DNA of 64,000 bases from Octopus vulgaris (taxonomy: Eukaryota): assembly GCA_951406725.2 (NCBI GenBank), contig OX597816.1:123876001-123940000 (forward strand), in the 5' to 3' direction. A program made the position numbers and the translations under genes. The notes beneath the pieces were generated by a model. That model searched no databases. It was not told the origin of the DNA and was given only the letters and a program-made list of their open reading frames with translations. Below, piece after piece: positions 12,100 through 25,451 of the stretch. The first letter of the stretch is position 1, and each line of letters begins with the position of its first letter.

Positions 12100-12895
12100 G
12101 AACCCTACCCCTTCGGGTTGGTGGCCCTGTTCGATTTGTAGGAACAGTGAAGGCAGGAACTCCATATGGTGTACCCAGTGCAAGCTATGAGCACACAAGA
12201 GGTGCAGTGGGTTAATTGGAAGGTTATCAGAGAAGATAGTTTTCGTATGTGGAAAATGCACAGGATCCATAAAAGTTTAGAGATTCAGTAAATTGATTCT
12301 CTCAAATGTCCTAGTGGCTCATTAGAGGTGGTAGATAATTTCTGCTACCTAGGGAACCAAATTAATAGTAGGGAAGGGTGCACGGAGAGTGTGATAGCTA
12401 AACTAAGAATAGAATAGAGGAAATTCAGAGAACTGTTTTCTCTGCTAGCCATGAAAGGTTTCTCTCTCTGAGTGAAAGAAGATTGTATGATGCATGTAAA
12501 CCGACAGCAGTTCTACAAGGTAGTGAAATGAGGGCTCTGAATGCAGAGGACATGGAAAGGTTAGAAAAGAATGAGGCTAGTATGCTCTGCTGGATGTGTA
12601 ATGTAAGTGTACATGTTTGACAGAGTGCCAGTGTTCTGAGAGAGAAGTTAGGCATAAGAGGAACTGGTGACTGTGTGCAAGAGAGAAGACTGCACTGGTT
12701 TGGTCTTGTGATGCAGATGGATGCTGACAGTTCCATAAAGAAGTGCTGATCTTTCAAAGTGGATGGGACATGTGGAAGTGGGAGACCCAAGAAGGTATGA
12801 GATGAAGCATTTGAAGAACGATCTCAGGAAGCTGAACCTTTCAGGTAAGATGACAAAGGACCAAAGTACTTAGCACTTGACCACACTCAAGAAGG
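12100..12895 (+). mobile_element. RTE-clade LINE 3' fragment with Cys/His finger
   Basis: Translates WPCSICRN...CTQCKL*AHKRCSG...CGKC, LEVVDNFCYLG, SMLCWMCNV, LREKLGI, ERRLHWFGLV, GRPKKV. Confidence 0.85.
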
Positions 12896-14118
12896 ATCAC
12901 AAACTATGTACTGTTTCATGGAATAAAAAGGGGTTAATATGATTTTGCCCAGAAATCATGTTTTCAAAATTATAATTTCTCCTCTCCCCACCGAAATTTT
13001 CTAATTTTTAACTGTTTTTAAAATTTTGTTTTTATGCATGTGGAAAAATACAGAGATTACAAATGTAGGAAATATAATTTGTTTTTGAAAATTTTATTTT
13101 TCTGAAAATACTGAATGCCCTTTCCTTCACCTCGGCCACCCTTCAGCTACTCGCTTTTGGGTGAAATGCAAATTTCTTGTATGGAAAACATAGGAATGTG
13201 AGAAATTGAGGAAAGAAATAAGGTGGTGGGTATGCAAATATCATGTCAGACATGCTAGAAACAACAGGTAAAGGACAGGATTTCTGAGATAACTTCCTTG
13301 TAAGTTTAAATAGAAGATCAGGTTTTGAAATGTGCTCATCACAAACAGGAATCACAGAATAGGAAAAGATAATTTCCATAGGATTTGAGCTGTAATTTAG
13401 TGCCAAGCAATTCATACAGAACTTTAACTGTGTATGAGCCAAAGGAAGTTATTTTTGCATATCTTTCTTAATTCAAAAAGAAGGAAACGTAGTGAAGTTG
13501 TAATATGTTAACAGCAGGTCTTCATACATTACAATGAGGAATTGAAAGAGAAAGATAATGCCTAATTCTATGCATGCGTGAAACATGGAATGAAAGTGAA
13601 AATGACCTTAAAATTGTACGACACGACCTCATTTCAGGGGTTCTTGGCATCCCCTTCTCTCCTACTTTCCCCCACTCTTTGTGCAAGCTTTCTTTCACTT
13701 TCAGCTATAGAAGATACATAGGGTATGAAACATCATTGTCTGTCTCCCACCCACTATCCGTCTTTCAACTTCTATAGAAACTTGTTTTCTGTCTCTGCTT
13801 CTTTCTCTTGTCTCTCTGTCATTTCCTCATTCTGCGTTTCATTGGTCATTCTGTAATAATTAATTTCTTTATGCTTTGAAGAGAGCAGAAATTGAAAGTG
13901 AAGACAAAGTGAAAAGGGGAGAGAGAGCAGAAAGTGAAGGAAATGAGAAAGTGAAATATGTATGCATGTGTATATGAAATGGACGTGTGTGTGTGTGTGT
14001 GTGCAAGAGAGAGAGAGAGAGAGAAAGAGAGAGTGAAGGTGTGTGTCTTGATGATGGATGTCTTTTAAGATACACACTCATATAAAAAATGTGACATCAT
14101 CATTGTCGTCGTCATCGT

Positions 14119-16315
14119 ATAAAATGTTTACGATAGTTCACTTATGGAAAAGATTATAATTTAAAATTTTTGTAATGCAAATATGTCAAAGAAAATAAAG
14201 TTTAGTTGGTAGCGGAAATAGTACTGAATCTTTTGATAACCCATATGTCAAAATCGGCAACTCGGGTTTGGAATGCATAAGGAACATACGCACTTCAACT
14301 GAAAGAGATTTAAAAATACAGGCACCTGCTTCTTATTGCTTTCTTAACTGGAAAAAGAACCATTTTTACATCGAATCATTACATATGGTGAGAAATAGAA
14401 ACTCTTTGACAACAGCAGGAGAACAGGATAGTGATTAGATGCAGGAGAGTCACCTAAATACTATCCAAAACCACCATTGCACTCTAAAAGGTTAGTGGTC
14501 ACTGTATAGGGGTCTGTGAAGGGGGTTATTCATTATTCATTTTAGCAACAAGGAAAAACGGTAACAGCAACATTGTATTGCCTGGAAATTGATTGTATGC
14601 ATGAGAATTTGAAAAACATGCAACCTAGACTAGTGAATAGAGATGGCTGAATTTTGCTCTATGACAATGCATGTCCTCACACTTCTCAAGCTATGGTCCA
14701 AAAGTTGTAAAGCCTGAATTATAAGATTTTGCAACATCCTCCCTATTCCTCTGGTATCTCCCCTAATTATTATCATTTATCAAGTCATCCCATAAGTTCT
14801 GTCTGAATTTTGAATAAAGAAAGCAAGTCATCAAATGTTATATTCAATTGAAATTTAATCATCAATGTACTTTCCCTGATTATCTATGACTTCATTCCAT
14901 CTATTTACAACCTTTTTAATCCTATCAATGTAAGACTCTTTTGGTTTCAAAATGAAGAACTCTGAAATGTCAGTTTCGACCTCCTTCTGGCTTGCAAAAG
15001 TTATGTCCCCTAAATGATTCTAAAAATTATGAAACAAATGGTATTCTGAAGGAGCAAGATCAGGATAATAAGGTGGATGAGGAATTTTTTCCCAGCCAAG
15101 CTCTTCGATCTTCTGTGATGTGATCTTTTCAGAGTGGGGTCATGCATTGTCCTGATGAAACTTCACTCCTTTTAAAATTCACTAAAGCAGGTCTTTTTTC
15201 TTCAAAGCTTGGTTCAAATGCTCTAATTGCAGACAGTAGACTTGAGCATTGATTGTTGCATTAGATGGTAACAATTCAAAGTGAATTACTCCTTTGCAAT
15301 CCCACCAGATAGAGAGAAGAACTTTTTTCCAATGAAGTTCCCTTCTCTGTTGTGGTTGAGCCTTTTCCCTTTTATCAAGCCACTGTTTATGACGTTTAAC
15401 ATTTCAATAGAAGTTCCATTTTTTGTCACCAGTCACAAGTCTATCCAAAAAGGGTGAAATGAGTTCGCAAGAATGGAGAGAAGAGCAGATGTCAACTTGG
15501 GATTTGCGGTTACTTTCGGACAATTCATGAGGCACCCATTTTCCAAGTTTAGGAACCTTTCCAAGTTGTTGAAGATGACAATGAACAGTTGCATGAGTTG
15601 AACTAAGCTTTTTTGCCAGTTCTTCAACTGATAATGTAGGATTTTCTTCAAGTAACACCTCAAGGAGCTTATCATCAAACTCAACTGGATGTCCTGTTCG
15701 ATCTTCATCTTCAAGGCTGAATTCTCCACTTCTGAATTTTGCAAACCATCTTCTGCAAGTTCTTTCATTTAAGCATGCTTTGCCATAAACTGAGTGTAAG
15801 CTTTGAATCACTTCGTTTGCAGAGTTTCCTTATTTGTACTTATAAAGCATTATGTGCCTGAAATGCTCTTTGGATACTTCCATGTTAGAAAGGGTTTTAA
15901 TCAAAGAAATTTTAATTCTATTATTCTGTAAAATAATATTTAATTAGTTTAAATGTACACAAATGCATAAAAATAATTTTTAATTCCATTAGACATTCTA
16001 AAATACTACTAAATTTCATTCAATTTTTAAAAAGGTAAAATCGGAAAGAACTTATGTGATGACCTGATATTTAAGCATTTTGAGCTTTTCATTCACAATA
16101 AAACATTCTTAAATAGAGACAACACTCAGATAGTTTATGACAGCAAACAATGAAATTTTTTTAAAGGTAGAATATATGACTTTGAGAAATGTTGGGTAAA
16201 GGTCATAAATGAACATGGATCATACTTTGATTAAATAAGTCAGTTCTCAAACACTTCTGAAGCATTTTATTGTTACCTCTCAAATACAAAATTTCATTTG
16301 TTTGTGACAACCTAA
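14119..16315 (+). mobile_element. 5'-truncated mariner (outer element) split by a nested mariner
   Basis: KRLVVTV, LYDNACPH, HPPYSSGISPNYYH(L)|FKHF across the insertion; 3' TIR ...tttgtgacaacctaa followed by TA. Confidence 0.85.
14780..16067 (-). mobile_element. Full-length mariner (1288 bp) with TA TSD, transposase pseudogenised
   Basis: TIRs tcaagtcatcccataagttct / agaacttatgtgatgacctga; TA at 14778-79 and 16068-69; MEVSKEHFRHIML...CRRWFAKFRSGEFSLEDEDRTG...WVPHEL...VTGDKKW...DNA*PH...HPPYYPDLAPSEYHLF. Confidence 0.95.
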
Positions 16316-16327
16316 TATATATATATA

Positions 16328-16393
<66 letters not shown>

Positions 16394-16690
16394 TGTATGT
16401 AGATATATATACATGTATATATTAATAATTATACACACAGATACACACCGACACAGATACACCCCCACACATCACACATATCTATTACAAAATCTTTGTT
16501 TGAGATAGAAGCTGTATAAGAACTGAAAAGCATTGTTTATGGCCATTTTAATGTAGCTGCACTCTAAGAGATGAGGATACTGCTATTTAAAGGCTTGAAA
16601 CATCAAAGACTGTCTCTTGGAGGAGAGCCACATTAAAGTAGCCATAAGCAATACTATTTGGTTCGTCTATTGCTTCTATCTTTATTTTTA

Positions 16691-17066
16691 TCTTTACTTG
16701 TTTCAGTCATTTGACTGAGGCCATGCTGGAGCACTGCTTTTAGTCGAGCAAATCAACCTCAGGACATATTCTTTGTAAGCCTGGTACTTATTCTATCGGT
16801 CTCTTTTGCTGAACCGCTAAGTTACGGGGACGTAAACACACCACCATCGGTTGTCAAGCGATGTTGGGTGGGGACAAACACAGACACACAAACATATACA
16901 CACACATACATATAGATATATATATACAGATATACGACGGGCTTCTTTCAGTTTCTATCTACCAAATCCACTCACAAGGCTTTTGTTGGCGCAAGGCTAT
17001 AGTAGAAGACACTTGCCCAAGGTGCCACACAGTGGAAATTAACCCAGAACCATGTGGCTGGTAAGC
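16691..17066 (-). mobile_element. SINE family A copy
   Basis: Matches 26200-26602 by eye; slightly 5'-truncated. Confidence 0.85.
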
Positions 17067-17629
17067 ACGAACAAAGATTTTCTAACTGACCAATTTCCTA
17101 GTTACAAAATCAGTGATTGCATGAGACTGTTTTTTATATATTGCAAGCATAGTAAAATGGTGCTATGTCTGGCAACGAGTACCTACCACTGAGGAGATCC
17201 AATATAGATGAAAACCACATTGTCTGGTTGTCTTAAAGCAGGAGTGGCAGGAGTTATCTCCCATTTGCAATAAAAACTGGGTGCAAGAAGTGCACTGAAT
17301 AAACCAGCTGGAGGAAATGTTTTCCTAAAGTCAAATCTTAGAGGACAGCCACACATAAGTGGTTATAAACAATAACTTACACAAATATATATCTTTTACC
17401 TTTTATTTTCTTTTTGTTTCAATCATTAGACTACAGCCATGTCATGGCATCACATTGAAGAAATTTTAGTTGAATCAATAAATCCCAGTACTTAGTTTTT
17501 TAAAGCTTAGTACTTATTCTATCAGTCTATTTTAGTAAACTGCCAAGTTACAGCGATGTTAACATTGCAACACCAGTTGAGAAGAGGTGGTGATGGTAGG
17601 GAGGACAAATACAAAAGAAAAGATACATG

Positions 17630-17660
<31 letters not shown>

Positions 17661-18276
17661 TATAGACAGTTACTTATATCCAATTGACTACTTCTAATGT
17701 CTTCTTTCCTCCCTGAGGAAAAGGAATATATGTTATAATATTTATGACCATACCTAGCCATGAGCTGTCAACTCACTCTTGTTCTTTATTCAAAAATAGA
17801 CACAGTCTTCTAGTCTTAGATTTAGTGGTTGATAAAGAGATAAATGAATTAGAAATGAATTACACTCCCTTACAATACTATGACCCCAATAGGCTTCATG
17901 TGATTCTTGGAAGTGTTGTCTATTCTTAGCTACAGAAACAACAACATGAATTTCTTCCATCTTCTTGCTCTGTTAAAATATTTGAGAAAAATTATATCAA
18001 TATGTCCTACTGGTTAAAATTCTATTTATTTATTTGTGCAGCTGAAGATGGCACTGCATTTAAATTGATGTAATGATTGCATTGTTCAATTAAATGGAGC
18101 CACTTGAAATGGTCATACTGCATCACTACTTGATATCCTGTTGCTTATTTTGATATATATATATATATTGTTGATTCAACAAACAGAGAAAAAAGAAAAA
18201 GAAAAATCAAACAAATGTGTAGACGTATTTTGATTAATGTATTAATATAATGCTCGGAGAAAGAAGAGTGTTGTTG

Positions 18277-18309
18277 TTTTATGTTTTGAGCATAACTCTT
18301 CATTGGAAA
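18277..18309 (-). ncRNA. CpG-decayed minimal hammerhead in a PLE-LTR-like repeat
   Basis: Minus: ttt CCAATGA A GAGT tat GCTC AAAA CAT A aaa; all three differences from CCGATGA..GAAA CGT fall on CpG sites. Confidence 0.5.
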
Positions 18310-18769
18310 TAGGAAAAACAGGTAAGTCCAAACGGCGAGAAGAATGAAGGAGGAAAAATCACCAACAGTCCACGTGTGGTTACATATCTGAAGTGACCGG
18401 AAGTAGCAAGAGGAAGTGAAAGTGCTTTCTGGGACAGGGGAGTGTGAAGATGGTTGGTATGTATGTTTGTGTGTGATGGCATGTGTATGTATGGTAGTGT
18501 TTGTGTGTGTATGTGGGTGTGTGCTTTTGGTAGTAACTCTGTGTGTGTGTGTGTGATAGCATGTATGGTAGCATTTGTATGTGTGGTATTAACTGTGTGT
18601 GTGTTGGTGCTTGTGCGAGTAGTCTGTGTATATATGTGTATACACACACATACACATATATTTTATGGGCTTCATGTTGCATACATGCATATATATGTAT
18701 GTATATGTTCGTATATGTAAGCATTCGTATATGTATATATATATATATATGTAATTATGTTCTGCATGT

Positions 18770-18828
18770 ATTCCTCCGATGAGGCAAAGCATTTCTAAAT
18801 GCAAAGCCAGAAATCTGGGATCTGGAAT
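18770..18828 (+). ncRNA. Type I hammerhead-like ribozyme (U4C core, extended stem II)
   Basis: ATTCC t CCGATGA GGC aaa GCATTT ct AAATGC aaa GCC a GAAA TC tgg GA T C t GGAAT: all three stems can form; putative cleavage triplet AUC. Confidence 0.65.
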
Positions 18829-18986
18829 TATTCAGTAATTTTTTACTAGTTTTATTTTGTCTTTTTGTCTTCACTCCTTGTGCTATATGAACACTTAATA
18901 TGGTTTTAGGGTCAGATCCTGGCTGCTATTTTCAGCATGGCGGTATCTCGTAGATGCCCTAAGTTATAATTATATATATATGTATG

Positions 18987-19039
<53 letters not shown>

Positions 19040-19094
19040 AGCTATGTAGCTACATAAATACATGTGTGTGTGTATGTGTGTGTATCAAACATCA

Positions 19095-20697
19095 CACAAG
19101 TTTTACTACCAAATATCAGAAGCCCGTTACAACTTGACAATAAAAGCTAAATTTCATATTCGAGAGGTTTTTCCACATGCAATCAGGCAATATGTATAGC
19201 ACTTACAGAAATACATCTATCAACAAATATAGCAAATGCAAAGATACACATGCTAAAGTATATTTTGTTTCATACAGACAGGAAAATAGAAGCCATGGTA
19301 GTGTTGCCATGTTCATACATGAAGACGTCACACTCTTAACCTTGTTATCATATTCAAATTAAGTCTGTGATACACTAATAGTACATATAAAACAATTTGA
19401 TGCTTTAGTATGTACATAATATCTACCTGATACCTCAAATCATGATGGTAAATTTGAGAAAAGCCTTAGAATGGTAAAATTACAAACAATTCTAGATCAA
19501 TATATCAATATTTGTCTGTTGGATGCTTCCATAACATCAAATAGCCCAAAGGCAATGTAATCTCAGGAATGTATCAACAAAATAAAGAGGCAGAATCTCA
19601 AGTTGATCTCACAAAATTGATGTTCATGGAACAAATAATACAGTACTTGATCTTCAGCAATAAAATCAAGGGCTTCTGTTTCACTAATAACATGAAATTT
19701 ACTTATAATGTGAAGGCGATACCAACAATTTTATCAGACCATTGTAGAAGTAAAAATGTAGACGTAAAAATAATAGAAATAATGTATGATACAAATTAAA
19801 TCAAAGATGCCGAACTATATGCAACCTGAATTTTTACAAAACTGACTGGAAATCAGTTTAAAAAAGATTCTGAAATCTTTCTTTGAAAGACAAGGAAATG
19901 AAAATTGAAGAATTTATGTCAATTATGCAAGTCTTAAATTTGTCCCAAAGAGAAGAGCAATTACACACAAAAACATTGTTTCTAGAAGTAGGAGTGTATC
20001 TATGAGATGAAAAATAGAGTTCACAAATCACTAAAATAAACAACTTAGGAGTCTCACTTAAAAAAAAATGTGTTTTCAGAGATTGAAAGCAGACTTAAGT
20101 TCTCTAAAGAAAAAAATGGTAAGAAATAGTAACAAGAGGTGTTGAAAATATAAAAATGAAATCTAAGGCTGTCTCCAAATTTGTAAAAACATTTGCCTTG
20201 TTGCATTATAAGAAAGAGCTATAGTTTGAAGAAAATGGCTAACATGATGCAGATCTCAAAAGAATAAGCGAAATATTAAATAAACCATTCCAAAATGTTT
20301 TCATTTCCATATTGAGAGATATGCAAGTAAATATGCCTGTTGAATTCCTCAATACAATAGCTCTACAAAGAGAAGAGGATACCGTCAGTAACATTGGAGG
20401 AGGATGTGATAATGGTCATTGACAAAATGATTGTGAACTCAGCAATATGACTTGAAGGTTTTCCAGAGATTCTTTTAAAGACAAGCAAGAAAGCTCCTGC
20501 TAAAACCACTGCAAAAACTTTTCCAGAGCTTCCTTGCATGTGGCAAACGTCACAAAAATTAAAACAATGTATAACTTGCTCTTTCCATTTAAGAGGAAGC
20601 AGAGCAAATGCTAAAATTTACAGGCAGATTTCACTGATCTCATATGTTAGCAAATTCATGGGATGCATTGTCAGAATGAAGCTGATCAAGTTCCTAG
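19095..20697 (+). mobile_element. Decayed APE-type LINE (CR1/L2-like) ORF2 fragment
   Basis: RSHGSVAMFIHED and TILSDH (AP endonuclease motifs); GSRANAKIYRQISLISYVSKFMGCIVR (RT domain 1-2); many stops. Confidence 0.7.
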
Positions 20698-20714
20698 CAT
20701 TAACCCTTTAGCAA

Positions 20715-21119
20715 CAAGCAGCATTGCCAGAGCAACAAGCTGGCCTCCATGCTGATGGCACATAAAAAGCACCATTCGAGCATGATTGTTACCTGCGTCG
20801 CCTTACTGGCACTTGTGCTGGTGGCACGTAAAAAAACATTTGAGTGAAGTCGTTGCCAGTGCTGCTGGACTGACTCCTGTGCAGGTGGCACGTAAAAAGC
20901 ACCATTTCAGTATGGCTGCTGCCAGTACCGCCTGACTGGCTCTCGTGCTGGTGGCATGTAAAAGCACCCACTACACTCTTGGAGTGGTTGGCATTAGGAA
21001 GGGCATCCAGCTGTAGAAACTCTGCCAGATCAGATTGGAGTCTGGTGCAGCCATCCGGTTTGCCAGACCTTAGTCAAATCGTCCAACCCATGCTAGCGTG
21101 GAAAGCGATGATGATGATG
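20715..21119 (+). mobile_element. SINE-like family D with internal ~65-bp tandem repeats and (GAT)n tail
   Basis: tggcacgtaaaaagcacc recurs at ~20756, 20822, 20886, 20952; shared 3' part gcattaggaagggcatccagctgtagaaactctgcc...cccatgctagc; copies at 21335-21650(-), 26685-26960(-), 34145-34590(+), 49870-50370(+). Confidence 0.8.
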
Positions 21120-21821
21120 CAGCTTGGAATTTTGTCAGTGAACAGGTCACGGTCTCAAAGCAATGAAAATATTTTGGCAAATTAAATTTAAATGTTGGAG
21201 TGAATCTAACGGTTGTTGTGTGTTTCTTAAATGGCTTATAAACACCTTCCATGCTGCAATTGTTTTCGTTCCAGCACACGATCTCAGATCAGGTCACTTG
21301 CTATGCAAGTACATCTCCATAATATATATATATCATCATCATCATCACCATCATCATTTAGCGTCCACTTTCCATGCTAGCATGGGTTGGACGGTTCAAC
21401 TGGGGTCTGTGAAGCCAGAAGGCTGCATCAGGCCCTGTCTGATCTGGCAGTGTTTCTACGGCTGGATGCCCTTCCTGCTTTTTACGTGCCACCCACACAG
21501 GTGCTAGATGGAGCTGGCAAACGGCCATGGATGGATGGTGCTTTTTATGTGCCACCGGCACAGAGGCCAGTCGGGGCGGCGCTGGCAATGGCCACGATCG
21601 GATGGTTCGCTTACTTGTCACCGGCACTGGTATCACAGCTACAATTTCCATTGATGTTGATTGACTTCGATTTTGGTTCTGCTTTCTGATATCTGATTTG
21701 ATTTGGTTTGATTTTGATTTTGATTTTCTCTTGCCTCAACGGGTCTTCACAAGTGGAGTTTTGTGTCCCAAGAAGGAAAGGTATGTATAAGTCGACTGGC
21801 TACATACCAGGTAGAGGCCAC

Positions 21822-21860
<39 letters not shown>

Positions 21861-22020
21861 TGAACTTCTATCAGTTTCTGTCAACCAAATCCACTCATGA
21901 GTCTTTGGTTAGTCTGAGGTTATAGTAGAAGACACTTGCCCAAGATGCCATGCAGTGGGACTGAACCCATAACCATGCAGCTGGTTAGCAAGCTACTTAC
22001 CACTCAGCTACTTCTGTGCA

Positions 22021-22122
<102 letters not shown>

Positions 22123-23449
22123 TTTGCATTAACTTCAACAGTCTTTCTTGTCCTATTCAACCTTTATGAAATACATAAATAGAAGGATAAATAGTAGACA
22201 AGAAAATAGTGAGAAATATCAATGATCACAATGACAACAAGAACAACAAAGAATAATGGAATGAGTAGCAACATTAACAGTCTGTTAACCCTACAAAACA
22301 TAAAGTACCACTATACATAAAAATAATTATTTAGCAAACCTTTTTTTAGCTTATTTACAAAAGTAAGGAGCATATTTTTTATGCCAAAAACATAAATTTT
22401 TACACACACACACACACACGTGTATATATAAATTTTTCAAATGTCAATAATTCAGCTACAACTGTCAGATATTATAATTACTTGCATGCAATAATGTTGT
22501 TCAAACGAAAAGAATCTTTAGAGTTTATCCAAGTTTTCAATTCTGTTGTTTTCTTCCCAAGAGAATGTAGTATTTGAAGCATCAAGAATTATTAACAATA
22601 AGCATTATAAAGTTAATGCTCTTATTACTTCTGTGTGGAACTAGACAGAAAGTTTCTTTGGTATATGGAAATATTGAAGTATATTACATTGTATTCTAAC
22701 ATTTCTTTGAATGTTGAAATATTCGAATAATTCTTAATATTCCTTTTGCCGTATTGAAATTTTTTGATCACTACAGAATTATCCTGTTTCATTACACCCA
22801 CTTTATTCTCTTGTGCACAACACAAATCAACGGGAAAATTTGAATAATCTGCTAGAAATGGCAGCCAAATTCTGTTCAAATTGTACCTTATCAATTACAG
22901 AAAAGAAACTATAATGTCTTTGTGTCCGTGTTTGTCCACCACCATCACTTGACAATCAGTGTTGGTGTCTTTACATCTGCCATCATAGCAGTTTGACGTG
23001 TTCCAGCATGGCTGCTGTCAAATAACTGAAACAAGTGAAAGACTGTAATCAGAAGTATTATGCTTGTGACCATCCTACCATTTTCTTTTAATTCTTTTGC
23101 AGGAGTAATGTTTCTCAGTCTACATTCTCCTATTAATTAATTATCCCTCCTTGAAAATAGCTGGTTGTGATTTTGGGGAAAACTGTGAAGTGATTTGAAG
23201 TGACTGTGTTGGGAAGGTTCTCCCAACTGGCTTAGTAAAGAAAGTAAACTGAAGCATAAATTTAGAGCACTCACAGGTATCATATTTGACCAAAAGAAAA
23301 AAACAAACAACATCAGTGTATAAACAATACATAACACCCATCATGGACTATGCCAGCTCTGCATGGGACCCTCGTCACTCAGCAACAGACCCTAATAATT
23401 AACAAAAAATACAAAACATCATGAAGAATTCACCTCCCAATATATATAT

Positions 23450-25281
23450 TCTTTTATTTTTTTACTTGTTTCAGTCCTTTGGCTGTGGCCATGCTGGAGC
23501 ACTGCTTTGAAAGGTTTTTTTTCAGTCAAAGAAATCAATCCCAGGACTTATTTCTTAAGCCTAGGACTTATTTTATTGGTTTCTTTTGCTGAACTGGTAA
23601 GTTACGGGGACGTAAACGCACCAACACTGATTGTCAAGCAGTGATGGGAAGACAAACACAGATACAAAAATACACACATACACAGACACACACACACATA
23701 CACACGCATGCTTGCACACACACACACACACACACACGACGAACTTCTCTCAATTCTCGTCTACCAAAGCCACTCACAAAGCTTTGGTGCAACGTGCCAT
23801 GCAATGGGACTGAACCTGGGACCATGTGGTTGGGAAGTAAACTTCTTACCACACAGACACACACAAACACACAGACAGACAGACATACACACACACAAAT
23901 ATCTTTTACCTGTTTCAGTCATTGGATTACAGAAATGCATGGGCACCATCTTGAAAGGTTTAGTCAAACAAACTGGTACTTATTCTATCGACCTCTTTTT
24001 GCTGAATTGCTAAGTTATGGGGGACGTAAACAAACCAACATCAGTTGTCAAGTGGAGGTAGGGTACAAACACGAAAAGGCACACAGATAGATACACACAC
24101 ACATAGGCAGACACACACACACAAATACACGCACACAAACACACACCCATACATGCTCACATATACATACAATACAGGGTTTCTTTGAGTTTCCTTCCAC
24201 TAAATCCATTCACAAGGCCTTAGTTGGCCCAGGGCTAATCCAGAAGATAGTTGTCCAAGCTGCCATGCAGAAGGACTGAATCTGGAACCATATGGTTGGG
24301 AAGTAAGCTTCTCACCACATACCATACACATGCACACATGCACAGATGCACACACACATACACACATACACACACATACATAAACATACACACTTACGCA
24401 CACACACATACACACACAGACACAGGCACAGACACACACACACACCAGTATATACTCTTTACTCTTTTACTCTTTTACTTGTTTCAGTCATTTGACTGCG
24501 GCCATGCTGGAGCACTGCCTTTAATTGAGCAACTCGACTCCAGGACTTATTCTTTTGTAAGCCCAGTACTTATTCTATCCATCTCTTTTGCTGAACCACT
24601 AAGTAATGAGGACATAAACACACCAGCATCGGTTGTCAAGCAATGCTAGGACAAACACAGACACACAAACATATACATACAAACATATATATATATATAC
24701 ATATATATGACAGGCTTCTTTCAGTTTCCGTCTACCAAATCCACTCACAAGGCATTGGTTGGCCCGGGGCTATAGCAGAAGACACTTGCCCAAGGTGCCA
24801 TGCAGTGGGACTAAACCCGGAACCATGTGGTTGGTAAGCAAGCTACTTACCACACAGCCACTCCTGCGCCTATGGGGATATTCTTTTACTTGTTTCATCA
24901 TTTGACTGTGGTCATAGTGGAGCACCACCTTTTTGTTTTTAGTGAAAGAAATCGCCCCCAGGTCTTATTCTTTGTAAGCCTGGTACTTATTCTATTGGTA
25001 TCTTTTGCCGAACCACTAAATTATGGGTACGTAAACACACCAACAATGATTTTCAAGCGATAGTTGTAGGGACAAAAAAAAAACCACACAAAGACACAGA
25101 CACAGACACACACACACACGTATATAATAGGCTTCTCTCAGTTTCTGTAAACCAAATGCACTCAGAAGGCTTTTGTTGGTCCAAGGCTATTGTAGAAAAC
25201 ACTTGCCCATAGTGCCATGCAGTGGGACTTAAAACAGAATCATGTGGTTGGGAAGCAAGCTTCTTATCACACAGCCACTCC
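23450..25281 (-). mobile_element. Cluster of four head-to-tail SINE family A copies
   Basis: Copies at ~23450-23855, 23902-24325, 24455-24872 and 24880-25281, separated by (CA)n/(TA)n. Confidence 0.85.
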
Positions 25282-25405
25282 ATCCTTCCATCCATCCATC
25301 CAAAAAACCCATCCATCCATCCATCTATCTATCTATCTGTCTGTCTGTCTACCTGTCTGTCTATCTATCAACTTATCTATCTATTAATCTGTATGTGTGT
25401 ATATT

Positions 25406-25451
<46 letters not shown>

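Noticed and set aside
20750-20970. CRISPR-like look: conserved ~18-nt motif every ~65 bp (also 34210-34425)
   Set aside because: The intervening segments are homologous to each other, the array is part of a dispersed eukaryotic SINE-like repeat, and there are no cas genes
22440-22894. 89-aa minus-strand ORF as a host exon
   Set aside because: No recognisable domain, stops in all frames downstream, and no convincing splice pair
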